Origin: Prochlorococcus sp. AG-679-M23
GTDB taxonomy: Bacteria; Cyanobacteriota; Cyanobacteriia; PCC-6307; Cyanobiaceae
Assembly: GCA_003208875.1 (NCBI GenBank)
Contig: QCUR01000003.1
Location: 1-64,000 of the forward strand
DNA: 64,000 nt
Direction of reading: 5' to 3'
Shown: in pieces, positions 1 through 8,781 of the stretch
Numbering within the stretch: position 1 is the first letter of the stretch
How the letters are laid out: the number at the start of each line of letters is the position of its first letter
Position numbers and translations under genes: made by a program
Notes under the pieces: model-generated
Told to the model about the DNA's origin: nothing
Database searches by the model: none
The model's input: the letters and a program-made list of their open reading frames with translations, nothing else

Positions 1-137
1 TCTTTATTACTAAGAAGAAACTTTAATAAACGTTGGAATAACAACCAACCTTTTTCTACTCTTTTTGGGCCCAAAATTATAAGAACAATAAATGATATTA
101 CAAAAATTGCTGGAGAATTTAAACCTAAAAAATTCAT
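1..137 (-). CDS. TatA/B-like small membrane protein (partial, runs off window start)
   Basis: Manual translation MNFLGLNSPAIFVISFIVLIILGPKRVEKGW...: TM helix, GPKR hinge and amphipathic helix typical of TatA/B N-termini. Confidence 0.55.
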   Translation of the reverse strand, partial: MNFLGLNSPAIFVISFIVLIILGPKRVEKGWLLFQRLLKFLLSNK

Positions 138-185
138 CAATTTCAAACATTCTAAATTTACTTTAGTACATCATAAAAATTAAGG

Positions 186-578
186 CTAATTATTTTCAAA
201 AGTAGGTAAATAAAGCTCTCTATTTGAAGCAATAATACCTTCTTCTTTAAAGAAAATTTCTAATTCTTTTAAATCGCTTATATTAATTTTATCTCCGCAG
301 TTATCTAAAATATTATTAGAAGTAAACTCCCAAAGGTCATCTAAATATTGATCATCATCTGGAAAAGCTACAAATTTTAGATATGTATTATTTAAAGCAT
401 ATTCACTTGCAAACTCAGAGTCTAATCCCTCATTTTTAGCATCACAAAAAACTTTAGCAAACCTTTTACCTACTGAAGTTTGAGCACTGGACAAATCAAG
501 ACTTCCCTGAATTGCATAAACATTATTAGGAGCAATAAAAAGAAATATTGGAAGAAAAATTGATAATAAAAGGATCAA
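186..578 (-). CDS. hypothetical secreted protein
   Basis: 130-aa ORF with signal-peptide-like N-terminus (VYA cleavage-like site). Confidence 0.6.
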   Translation of the reverse strand: MILLLSIFLPIFLFIAPNNVYAIQGSLDLSSAQTSVGKRFAKVFCDAKNEGLDSEFASEYALNNTYLKFVAFPDDDQYLDDLWEFTSNNILDNCGDKINISDLKELEIFFKEEGIIASNRELYLPTFENN

Positions 579-744
579 AAATACAGCACCTTAAAAAATT
601 TTAATCTTATACAAGTTAGCAAAAATAGAAACTAAATAAGACAATAAAAAAAATCTAATTAAATTTTTAAGAATAAAAAACAGAATCAAATGAATGTTAA
701 TTATTCAATCTATAGTGATTATATCAGAAGTGAATTTTTGCATA

Positions 745-1746
745 ATGTCTTCAATTATAAAATTAAGAGGTAAAGGTGTATCGAGAATAATAAATAGTAA
801 AGTAATGTTGTCTCCTCTCGCAGGAGTTACCGATAAAATATTTAGAAAATTAGTAAGAAAATGGGCTCCAGAATCTTTACTATTTACAGAAATGATTAAT
901 GCGACAAGTCTTAAACATGGATATGGTACTCAGAAAATAAATCAACTTGAATTAGAAAAAGGTCCTATAGGTGTGCAGATATTTGATAATAGACCCTTTG
1001 CTGTTTCAGAGGCTGCAAAATTGGCAGAGGATTCAGGTGCATTTCTAATTGATATAAATATGGGCTGCCCAGTAAAAAAAATCTCAAGGAAAGGGGGTGG
1101 AAGTGCCTTAATTAATGATCGCTTATTAGCTATTGAATTAGTAAAAAGAGCTTCAAATGCTGTAAAAGTCCCAGTTACAGTCAAAACAAGGCTTGGTTGG
1201 GAAAATAAAGAAGAGAATATAGAGGAATTTCTATTAAGTCTTCAAGATGCAGGAGCTGAAATGATAACCTTACATGGAAGAACTCGAAAAGAAGGCTTTT
1301 CAGGTAAAGCAGACTGGGAAATGATTGGAAAAATTAAAGAGCTTTTAGAAATACCAGTAATTGCGAATGGAGATATCAATAATCCTAAGGACGCATTTAA
1401 TTGCTTCAAAAAAACAAATGCTGATGGTTTAATGATTGGGAGAGGCATACTTGGTTCTCCATGGAAAATAGGAGAAATAGATTATGCAGTTAAAGAAATT
1501 AAAGGTTTTAAAGAACCAAATATTGAAGAAAAATTGTTATTGATTATTGAACATTTGGATGAACTTATAAAAGAAAAGGGCAGTCATGGTTTGTTAATAG
1601 CCAGAAAACATATTTCATGGACTTGTAAAAATTTCCCAGGAGCCACAAGTCTTCGAAATAAATTAGTAAGAGCAATAGACGCCAATGAGGTTAAAGAATT
1701 AATAAATAAGGCGATTAAGACTTTAAATTATGAAAAAAAATATTAA
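745..1746 (+). CDS. dusB: tRNA-dihydrouridine synthase (DusB/NifR3 family)
   Basis: Motifs LSPLAGVTD, DINMGCP, ITLHGRT, IANGDI, MIGRG; likely start ATG 745. Confidence 0.93.
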   Translation: MSSIIKLRGKGVSRIINSKVMLSPLAGVTDKIFRKLVRKWAPESLLFTEMINATSLKHGYGTQKINQLELEKGPIGVQIFDNRPFAVSEAAKLAEDSGAFLIDINMGCPVKKISRKGGGSALINDRLLAIELVKRASNAVKVPVTVKTRLGWENKEENIEEFLLSLQDAGAEMITLHGRTRKEGFSGKADWEMIGKIKELLEIPVIANGDINNPKDAFNCFKKTNADGLMIGRGILGSPWKIGEIDYAVKEIKGFKEPNIEEKLLLIIEHLDELIKEKGSHGLLIARKHISWTCKNFPGATSLRNKLVRAIDANEVKELINKAIKTLNYEKKY

Positions 1747-1769
1747 CCTGAAAATAATTAAATTTTAAA

Positions 1770-2024
1770 ATGAAACTAATTAGTTCAAAGACGAGTCAGA
1801 GAGTTTGTAAACATATGAATAAAGATCACATTGGATCTGTACATAAATATCTAAAATATTATGGAAAGATTTCAGAATTTAAGGAAGCTTATTTGGAAGA
1901 AATTTCTAGTCAATTCATGAAAATTAAATATGATGATAAGATTGCAATTATAAATTTTAAAAATGAAATCTCAGAAGATGAAATTCATAGCACATTAATT
2001 TCTATGTTAAAAGAAATTGAATAA
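1770..2024 (+). CDS. DUF2470 domain protein (HugZ/GluTRBP-like)
   Basis: RVCKHMNKDH motif characteristic of DUF2470. Confidence 0.8.
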   Translation: MKLISSKTSQRVCKHMNKDHIGSVHKYLKYYGKISEFKEAYLEEISSQFMKIKYDDKIAIINFKNEISEDEIHSTLISMLKEIE

Positions 2025-2058
2025 ATTTATTGTGCCATCTTCTTAAAAAAAAGAACAT

Positions 2059-2223
2059 CTAAAAATTTCTCTCATAGTAATCCGTAATTTTTTTACATTC
2101 TTCAAAGGTAAGCATACTCAATCTTGAACTTACATTACATTTTAAGATTGCACATACAGCCAACAGATCAGAGCTGTCAACATTAAGTGCTTCAGAAAGC
2201 TCTATAACTCTAAGACCCTTCAA
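2059..2223 (-). CDS. IF-2 N-terminal-domain-like small protein (54 aa)
   Basis: Not in ORF track; TTG start, MKGLRVIELSEALNVDSSDLLAVCAILKCNVSSRLSMLTFEECKKITDYYERNF resembles the IF2_N pattern. Confidence 0.75.
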   Translation of the reverse strand: MKGLRVIELSEALNVDSSDLLAVCAILKCNVSSRLSMLTFEECKKITDYYERNF

Positions 2224-2267
2224 TATTTTTACTTAAAAATGGATTGATAAAAACATTGTACTTTGAA

Positions 2268-2513
2268 TTAATGTGCAGCATTTTTTCCTAAACCAGCTAT
2301 AAAAGGGAAAGCTTGCTCATCACCAAAAATATCTTCATTAGAAGTTATAGGGATATCGCCTTTATCCTTAATATCACTTTTAACATCACTAGATTTTGAT
2401 TCCATAGATAAATCATTACTTAATTCGCCACCAATTTCATCGGCCAAGCAATTACTAAAACTAAAAAAAAAGGAACTAATAAAAACAAATGAAATTAAAA
2501 TGATGTTTTTCAT
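2268..2513 (-). CDS. hypothetical secreted protein
   Basis: Signal peptide and conserved-looking C-terminus DIFGDEQAFPFIAGLGKNAAH. Confidence 0.7.
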   Translation of the reverse strand: MKNIILISFVFISSFFFSFSNCLADEIGGELSNDLSMESKSSDVKSDIKDKGDIPITSNEDIFGDEQAFPFIAGLGKNAAH

Positions 2514-2609
2514 AAAAAAACTAATAAAAAATATTCTCTTACAAAATTAAATCTTTAAAAAATTTTTTTCTTATATTAAAACAATTCTAAATATATAAAT
2601 TAATACAAA

Positions 2610-2846
2610 CTATTTGTTTAATTTATTTCTATTCTTGAATCTTACCAAGAAATAAATTCCAAACATTATAAGAATAGCCATTGAATATTTAAAAAGGAAA
2701 ACATAAACGACATAAACTAAGAAAGGAAACAAGCATGCTCTTTTAAAATTAATTTTTTGAATTGAGTTCATTTTTTTCCAATTTAAATATTCTCTCCATT
2801 GGAATATTTTCTTCATTTTTCTTTCTTTATAATTTCGATTAAACAT
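2610..2846 (-). CDS. hypothetical membrane protein
   Basis: 78-aa ORF with hydrophobic C-terminal half. Confidence 0.5.
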   Translation of the reverse strand: MFNRNYKERKMKKIFQWREYLNWKKMNSIQKINFKRACLFPFLVYVVYVFLFKYSMAILIMFGIYFLVRFKNRNKLNK

Positions 2847-2956
2847 AATTTTTAAGATATAATTTTTTATTTTTATTTTAATTAAGAAAAACCAACTTCA
2901 ATAACTATATTTTTATTATAAATATAAACATATACAGTTCAAAAATTCTAATATAA

Positions 2957-3370
2957 ATGACAAAAATTTGGGAAATTGAAAAGTTAGTACTACCACAACA
3001 TTCAGATCACGCAGGGGTTATGTGGCATGGTACATATTTTGATTGGCTTGAAGAAGGAAGAATCAATGCACTTTCAAAAGCAGGTTTAAATTACGTTGAC
3101 CTTTCAAAAAATGGTTTTGAGTTACCTTTAATAGATACTTCAATAAAATATATATCACCCTTATTTCTAGGAGATACCATAACAATAGAAACTATATTTA
3201 AAATAAGCAAAAGTCCAAAAATAAAAATCCATTCAAAATTCATTAACAAAAGCAAAACAGTTTTGACCATAGCTGAGGTTAATTTGGTTCTAATAAATAA
3301 AAAAAGTTTTTCTATTATAAGAAAAAGGCCTGATTTTATATCAAAAGCTTTTTTAAAATTAAACGGATAA
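2957..3370 (+). CDS. acyl-CoA thioesterase (4HBT/YbgC hot-dog family)
   Basis: DHAGVMWHGTYFDWLEEGR motif. Confidence 0.88.
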   Translation: MTKIWEIEKLVLPQHSDHAGVMWHGTYFDWLEEGRINALSKAGLNYVDLSKNGFELPLIDTSIKYISPLFLGDTITIETIFKISKSPKIKIHSKFINKSKTVLTIAEVNLVLINKKSFSIIRKRPDFISKAFLKLNG

Positions 3371-3424
3371 GATTATAATTAGTTAATTTATTAATTATAT
3401 AAATCAATTAAATTCTATTCACTA

Positions 3425-3625
3425 ATGAAGGATATATTTCTTGTCTTGGATTCATATCAATATCAAATGGAATCAAGTTATCAAGAAGCATCTTCTCTAA
3501 CTAATCTTTTTATTGAAAACAAATTTATAGGATGGCTAGGTCTTTTTATTATATTTTTTTCAATCTTTGCAATTATTATTTTTCAATTTCTTGAATGGGA
3601 AAGTAATGACAAAAAAAAGGAATAA
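3425..3625 (+). CDS. hypothetical membrane protein
   Basis: 66-aa ORF with a single TM segment. Confidence 0.6.
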   Translation: MKDIFLVLDSYQYQMESSYQEASSLTNLFIENKFIGWLGLFIIFFSIFAIIIFQFLEWESNDKKKE

Positions 3626-3664
3626 AAAAGACTTGACTTATAATAAATATAAATATTTTATAAA

Positions 3665-3916
3665 ATGGCAATTTACTTAAAAATAACCAATCCAACTGAA
3701 GTTGTAAAAAAAAAGACCTCTAAATGGTTAACAGATATAACACCAGAAAGAATTGATAGAAAATTAGTTGAAGACGAAGTTATAAAAGGTATAATTGAAC
3801 AATTAACATTGGAAGGTATTGAAGGCGAAATCTCTGCAATAAGTGGTTTTGATGTAAAAGACTCTACATTAATTACAAAAAATGATTTTATAATTAGAAA
3901 AACAAAATCTTTTTAA
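3665..3916 (+). CDS. hypothetical protein
   Basis: 83-aa ORF with plausible composition, co-oriented with neighbours. Confidence 0.6.
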   Translation: MAIYLKITNPTEVVKKKTSKWLTDITPERIDRKLVEDEVIKGIIEQLTLEGIEGEISAISGFDVKDSTLITKNDFIIRKTKSF

Positions 3917-3940
3917 CGAAAAAATAATAAATAAAAAATA

Positions 3941-4813
3941 ATGAATAACATTTTTATTATTTTGGTTTCTCTAATTTTGTTATTTTTAATAGCAAATTTT
4001 AGAACCTTTCTATTAAAAAAAAGAAAAGATAAATTAAATAATGCTTTAAGTGCAAATTACTTCCTTGAAACGTTAAATAGACTTATTGAAGAAAATAAAT
4101 ACAATCTATTGGAGGAAAGAATTAGATTAAAAGTTATTGATGCTTATGGTAACGAAGACTTGAAAAAGTGGATTGGTAATCCCCCTCTTGATGAGAAATT
4201 AATAGCGAAAAGCATCAATAATGGTTCAAAAAGGTTAAAAGAAGGTATTCCATACTTTTGGGAAAAAGTCATTTTAAAAAGTTTTTCAGGTCAAGACATT
4301 TTTTTTGAAAAATGGAAAGCTTATCGCAAGATTAATCCAATTATTAATGATGAAATAATTGGTGTAAGTAGAATTTTGGAGAATGAAGACTGGTTTATTT
4401 TCATAGCTAGTCAAATAGAAAAATCTTGTTTAAATTTATTAGAAAATAGTGCATCCAAAAATAATAATCAAAACTATAAAAAAGGAATAATATTTGAAAA
4501 TCATTGTATGGAAATTCTCAAAGAGAATGGGTGGAATGTGAAAGAAACACCTATTACCGGAGACCAAGGAGTTGATTTGATTGCCTCCATCGATAATTTA
4601 AGGATTTGTATTCAATGTAAAAATCATAAAAAAGCAGTAGGTAACTATGCTGTTCAAGAAATTTCTGCTGGTAAATTATATTGGAAAGGAACTCATGCGG
4701 TATTAGTATCAAAATCTGGCTTTACTAAATCTGCACAAAAACTAGCTAGAGCTAATAAAGTGAAACTTATAAATGATTTTGAATTAAAAGATTTAGAAAA
4801 TTTACTAATTTAG
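3941..4813 (+). CDS. membrane-anchored Mrr-like (Mrr_cat) restriction endonuclease
   Basis: N-terminal TM helix; C-terminal FE...GDQGVDL...IQCK...AVQE...FTKSA Mrr catalytic motifs. Confidence 0.85.
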   Translation: MNNIFIILVSLILLFLIANFRTFLLKKRKDKLNNALSANYFLETLNRLIEENKYNLLEERIRLKVIDAYGNEDLKKWIGNPPLDEKLIAKSINNGSKRLKEGIPYFWEKVILKSFSGQDIFFEKWKAYRKINPIINDEIIGVSRILENEDWFIFIASQIEKSCLNLLENSASKNNNQNYKKGIIFENHCMEILKENGWNVKETPITGDQGVDLIASIDNLRICIQCKNHKKAVGNYAVQEISAGKLYWKGTHAVLVSKSGFTKSAQKLARANKVKLINDFELKDLENLLI

Positions 4814-4818
4814 TTAAA

Positions 4819-5223
4819 TTACATAAGTTGGGATATCCCTTCCTTATATAAAACAAGTGTGGTAAAAATTCCAGAAGCCCATATCAAACCTCTAGCAATA
4901 GGAATATTTAAAACATAAGCGCCAATATACAATAAACGTAAGAGAGGGTGCATCCAAGCAGATATTAATGAGAGGTTAGAATCAGGTAAAGTAATTAAAC
5001 AAAGAATGCAAGCTGGAGCATGAATAGAAATGCTTTCCCAGCAATTCTGATGACACCAAACTGCTCTTTTACCAAAGTCTGGCAGTTGATCAAATAATGC
5101 TCTTGGTGCAGACATATTCTGCACAGAATAACCAGCTTTGATTCTTCCAAGAGTCAAAGGAATTGTCGATAGTAAAACAACTAAAACAGACAGGCATAGG
5201 CTCCAAGCAAAAACTATTTGCAT
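4819..5223 (-). CDS. MAPEG family membrane protein
   Basis: APRA...RAVWCHQNCWE motif and four hydrophobic helices. Confidence 0.85.
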   Translation of the reverse strand: MQIVFAWSLCLSVLVVLLSTIPLTLGRIKAGYSVQNMSAPRALFDQLPDFGKRAVWCHQNCWESISIHAPACILCLITLPDSNLSLISAWMHPLLRLLYIGAYVLNIPIARGLIWASGIFTTLVLYKEGISQLM

Positions 5224-5351
5224 ATATCTTTAGTATTTAATTTAATTTAATCTAGCCTAGTAAATTACTACTAATTAATGCGAAATAATATTTAGTTTTA
5301 AAAACTCAAATTTATATTTATATTCATAAGCTATATTAAAACAAAATTCTA

Positions 5352-5480
5352 ATGGACATTTCAAAAATATTAATAACAATATTTGGAAGTATTGCAATTT
5401 ATTTAACTTTTTTATTTTTAGGATTTAATTTAAAAAATAAAAATATCAAAACACAAAATTTGACTAAGAAAGACAAATGA
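5352..5480 (+). CDS. small membrane protein (42 aa)
   Basis: Manual translation MDISKILITIFGSIAIYLTFLFLGFNLKNK...; TM plus basic tail. Confidence 0.45.
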   Translation: MDISKILITIFGSIAIYLTFLFLGFNLKNKNIKTQNLTKKDK

Positions 5481-5606
5481 TTTTTGTCCACTAGAAAAAT
5501 TTCATTAATTTTTTTTTGATCATATTTTATGGAAATACAAAAGATTTTTAATTATATTAAATTGAAGAAATTTTAATAAAAATCTATTCTGTTTTAGATA
5601 AAAATA

Positions 5607-5900
5607 ATGAAAAAGATCTATAAATTTATAAAAAGTTTCTTATTCATATCATTATGGCTAATAATCTCTTCTTATTTACAAAAGTATTGGAATACATTCC
5701 ACTGGGAATATATATACCTTAATTCAAGAACCATTTTTGATAAAGAGTTTTGGTTCGTTTTGGAAAGATACTTATTTGGACTTGACCTAGGTTATTGGAT
5801 AGAGGAATTATTAAAATTTTTGTCATATGAAATACCCAAAGAGACCTTTAAATATGTGCCAATATTCTTTTTTTTAAAATATATTTGGATTAAAAGATAA
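5607..5900 (+). CDS. hypothetical membrane protein
   Basis: 97-aa aromatic-rich ORF. Confidence 0.55.
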   Translation: MKKIYKFIKSFLFISLWLIISSYLQKYWNTFHWEYIYLNSRTIFDKEFWFVLERYLFGLDLGYWIEELLKFLSYEIPKETFKYVPIFFFLKYIWIKR

Positions 5901-5907
5901 AAATAAT

Positions 5908-6450
5908 TTAGAGAGACTCAATAAATTCTTGAAATCTTTCAAATAAGATATTATCTTCTATTCTTCTAAGAATAAATAAAGTGCCTTTATCGCCCCTGCA
6001 AATTCTTAGATCTTTGCTTAAAAAAGTTATTTCTAACCATCCTTTTTGATCTTTTTTAATCTTAGTTAAAGCGTTTATCTTCCTTATTCCAATATAAGGT
6101 CCAATTATTCCAGCATGAGTAAAACTAACTCCAATTTTTTTTTCACTTAAAGATCTTAATTTTGCTACTATTCCTGTTCCAATAATTGAATTAATTCCTC
6201 TAGGTTTGAGTAAATTTAAACCATCTAGATTTAAAGGATCAAGAATTTGAAGATTATCAACTAAAGGAGAGTAATTTAGAAATGGAGCTTTTGAACTACT
6301 CCATCTAAGTTCCCATATTCCTTTTAACTTCTCAATATCACAGCTAATAGTAAATCTTGATTCCTTCTCAAGTTCTTCAGCCATATTTTTAATCTTTTTT
6401 TTATTAGGACTTGATAGGAGTAAGTCCAATAATTGTTGTTCTAAATTCAT
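5908..6450 (-). CDS. PAP/fibrillin family protein
   Basis: LKGIWELRWSS and GWLEITFLSKDLRICRGDKGTLFIL fibrillin motifs. Confidence 0.88.
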   Translation of the reverse strand: MNLEQQLLDLLLSSPNKKKIKNMAEELEKESRFTISCDIEKLKGIWELRWSSSKAPFLNYSPLVDNLQILDPLNLDGLNLLKPRGINSIIGTGIVAKLRSLSEKKIGVSFTHAGIIGPYIGIRKINALTKIKKDQKGWLEITFLSKDLRICRGDKGTLFILRRIEDNILFERFQEFIESL

Positions 6451-6527
6451 TTAAATATATTAAAAAAGGACTTGAGCAAAAATACTTAGGTTAATGTGCT
6501 ATATTCTACTGAAAATGTTTTGATTTC

Positions 6528-6812
6528 ATGACAAAGAGTTACTGGCTTAAGAAAATATCTATACCAAATGCTGATTTGTTTCTTGAATACCTAAGAACAG
6601 TATTGCCGTGGATAAAGTCAATGGGTGGGGTTGTAGTAAAAAAAGATATCACCCAAGACTCTAATTCACACAAGTGGGATGGCGGCCAACTAGGTATAGT
6701 AATAGAATTTGAATCTAAGATAGCTGCAAAAAGAGCCTTTTATTCTGATGTATTTCAAGACTATTTGAGATCAAGAGATTTAATGGAACTTGTTACAATA
6801 AGCACTCTTTGA
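6528..6812 (+). CDS. DUF1330 family protein
   Basis: VIEFESKIAAKRAFYSDVFQ motif. Confidence 0.8.
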   Translation: MTKSYWLKKISIPNADLFLEYLRTVLPWIKSMGGVVVKKDITQDSNSHKWDGGQLGIVIEFESKIAAKRAFYSDVFQDYLRSRDLMELVTISTL

Positions 6813-6987
6813 TATCAAAAAAAAATAAAAATAGATAATCAATAATAATATTTGCCGAATAAAAAAGAAAAATTTTCTTTAACATATTAAGTATTTATTA
6901 CTAGTAATCATTTTTTGTAATGGTTATAACTACTTTATTCATATGATATTTAGCAAAATTTATAGTAATAATTAAGAATTAAATTAA

Positions 6988-7167
6988 ATGAACTACTCCA
7001 CTGAACAAGAAGATTATTTAATGACAACCCCTTACACCAAGAAAATTCAAAGAAAATTTAAGGAAGTTAAAACTTTTCTTGAGAAAAATGGATTTAACTC
7101 ATCTTCCCAAGGACTAATGCAGGATATTATTAGTTCTCAAGAATATATTTCCAAAAATGATTTATGA
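6988..7167 (+). CDS. small hypothetical protein (59 aa)
   Basis: Manual translation MNYSTEQEDYLMTTPYTKKIQRKFKEVKTFLEKNGF... Confidence 0.5.
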   Translation: MNYSTEQEDYLMTTPYTKKIQRKFKEVKTFLEKNGFNSSSQGLMQDIISSQEYISKNDL

Positions 7168-7181
7168 AAAATTGTTTTCTT

Positions 7182-7352
7182 TCAAAGCGTTTTAAAATAA
7201 AAAATCCCACCTATTAAGAAAGGTAATAATATGCCTATGAATAATAAAAATGATTTTTGGGATTCTCCCTGTGTTATTGGATTAATTTCTGGTTCAATTG
7301 CAAACCCGTTTTGTCTTCCACCGCTTTCAGTTGTATAACCTTTTTTATTCAT
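7182..7352 (-). CDS. Psb34/Ssl1498-like photosystem II assembly peptide (56 aa)
   Basis: MNKKGYTTESGGRQNGFAIEPEI plus C-terminal TM; YTTE-GGRxNxFAIEP is the family signature. Confidence 0.8.
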   Translation of the reverse strand: MNKKGYTTESGGRQNGFAIEPEINPITQGESQKSFLLFIGILLPFLIGGIFYFKTL

Positions 7353-7442
7353 AACTAAAAAATTTCATATGATTATCGCATGAATATTTTTTTGTTTAAA
7401 TAAATTTAACATTTAGAAAAAATATAAATTTTCTAATGATTA

Positions 7443-7574
7443 TTAGTTAATTTCAATTTTGGATTTTAATTTAGCAGCTTTTTTAAGTAAACCAACAATT
7501 TCTTTTCTACCATTGGCGTGATCTGCTCTATTAATTAAATCACTATATCTTTTTGTAATTTCTCTATGGTTCAT
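7443..7574 (-). CDS. small hypothetical protein (43 aa)
   Basis: MNHREITKRYSDLINRADHANGRKEIVGLLKKAAKLKSKIEIN; helical hairpin-like, recalled from marine picocyanobacteria. Confidence 0.6.
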   Translation of the reverse strand: MNHREITKRYSDLINRADHANGRKEIVGLLKKAAKLKSKIEIN

Positions 7575-7667
7575 TGAATTAAATGTAATATCTTTATTAT
7601 AAAAATAGAATTAAAATTTTTTTGTATAAAAGATATCACAATCGTTTTTTAAATTTTCTTTAATTAT

Positions 7668-7970
7668 CTACCTAAACCAACCTTTCTTTTTAGTTTCTTT
7701 TATAACTTTTACAGGTTCAATTTTTTTGCCAAATAATCCTTTTTTCTTTGGTTTAACATCCACTTTTACCAGTTCTTTTTTTCTTCCAAATAAACCTCTC
7801 TTCTCAGGTTTATCAATTGAATCCATGGTTTTTTTTATTTTTTTTATAGGAGATTTCATTTGAGTTTGAATTGGTTTTTTGCCATCTGATAAAAGCTGAT
7901 ATACAAAAAATCCAAAAACTCCGAAAAATCCTACTGCTTGGACTAAAGCGGTACCAATATTATCAAACAT
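7668..7970 (-). CDS. membrane-anchored Lys-rich protein with KK(R)GLFG repeats
   Basis: N-terminal TM; repeats KRGLFG, KKGLFG, KKGWFR. Confidence 0.7.
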   Translation of the reverse strand: MFDNIGTALVQAVGFFGVFGFFVYQLLSDGKKPIQTQMKSPIKKIKKTMDSIDKPEKRGLFGRKKELVKVDVKPKKKGLFGKKIEPVKVIKETKKKGWFR

Positions 7971-8086
7971 ATGAGTTTAAAAGTTTTTATAATTTTTATT
8001 ATGGAAAAATATTTTTATAAACGCGGAACAAAAGATTACATACTTATAAATTAAAAATTAAGATGTGATGAAATTTTAAATTAAAA

Positions 8087-8266
8087 CTATTTATAGTAGT
8101 TAACTAGATCGATTACTAAAATTGTAAGGACAGATATTCCTAAGATATAAGGAAAATAAGGATATTTATTTAAGATCTGATTTAATTTATTTTTTGAATC
8201 GCTTTTTACTACTTTCTTCTCTCTAGGCGGCAAACCCAGCTCTTCTCTTCTTTTAGCTTCTCCCAT
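8087..8266 (-). CDS. DUF2839 family protein (59 aa)
   Basis: Not in ORF track; MGEAKRREELGLPP signature plus C-terminal TM. Confidence 0.8.
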   Translation of the reverse strand: MGEAKRREELGLPPREKKVVKSDSKNKLNQILNKYPYFPYILGISVLTILVIDLVNYYK

Positions 8267-8392
8267 GTTTTAGATATGTAATTCAAAACAAATATAATAC
8301 ATAATATATGTTCAAATACAATACTTGGATATTTAATAAATATGACTTTAAATTTCATTATAAATTTAGTTAATATGTAATTATTAATAAAA

Positions 8393-8503
8393 ATGATGAT
8401 TGAAATTGTTTGGTCTGTAAATATAATGGTTGCAATTTTAATTGGTGGAGTTGGCTGGGTCTTATATTATATTTTTACTTACGACCAGAAATATACATCT
8501 TAA
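8393..8503 (+). CDS. small single-TM protein (36 aa)
   Basis: MMIEIVWSVNIMVAILIGGVGWVLYYIFTYDQKYTS; ends 6 nt before the next gene. Confidence 0.65.
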   Translation: MMIEIVWSVNIMVAILIGGVGWVLYYIFTYDQKYTS

Positions 8504-8509
8504 TATCAA

Positions 8510-8692
8510 ATGGCTGAAAGAGATTTAGTTAATTTCCTAAAAAAAATTGAACAATTAAATAAAATATCTAAATTGATAGAAAAAAATCCTACTAAAAAAA
8601 GAGAGTTGTCAGCTTGTAATAATCATGAAGATGTAATTAACTTAACTTCTAAATGGGGTTTCGAAATTGGCAAAAGATGGGGAGAATATTAA
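8510..8692 (+). CDS. Nif11-like leader-domain protein
   Basis: ...LSACNNHEDVINLTSKWGFEI resembles the Nif11 domain. Confidence 0.7.
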   Translation: MAERDLVNFLKKIEQLNKISKLIEKNPTKKRELSACNNHEDVINLTSKWGFEIGKRWGEY

Positions 8693-8781
8693 ACAAATAA
8701 ATTTCCAACCAATTAAAAAACATTTAATTAGCAACCAATACTCATAAAACTAATTAAAATCGAAAATATAAAATTGAAATT

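Noticed and set aside
6917..6933. NtcA-like site GTAatggttatAAC
   Set aside because: Imperfect right half-site, likely by chance in AT-rich DNA
8510..8692. Prochlorosin (ProcA) lanthipeptide precursor
   Set aside because: No double-Gly cleavage site, no Cys/Ser/Thr core and no LanM/ProcM gene in the window
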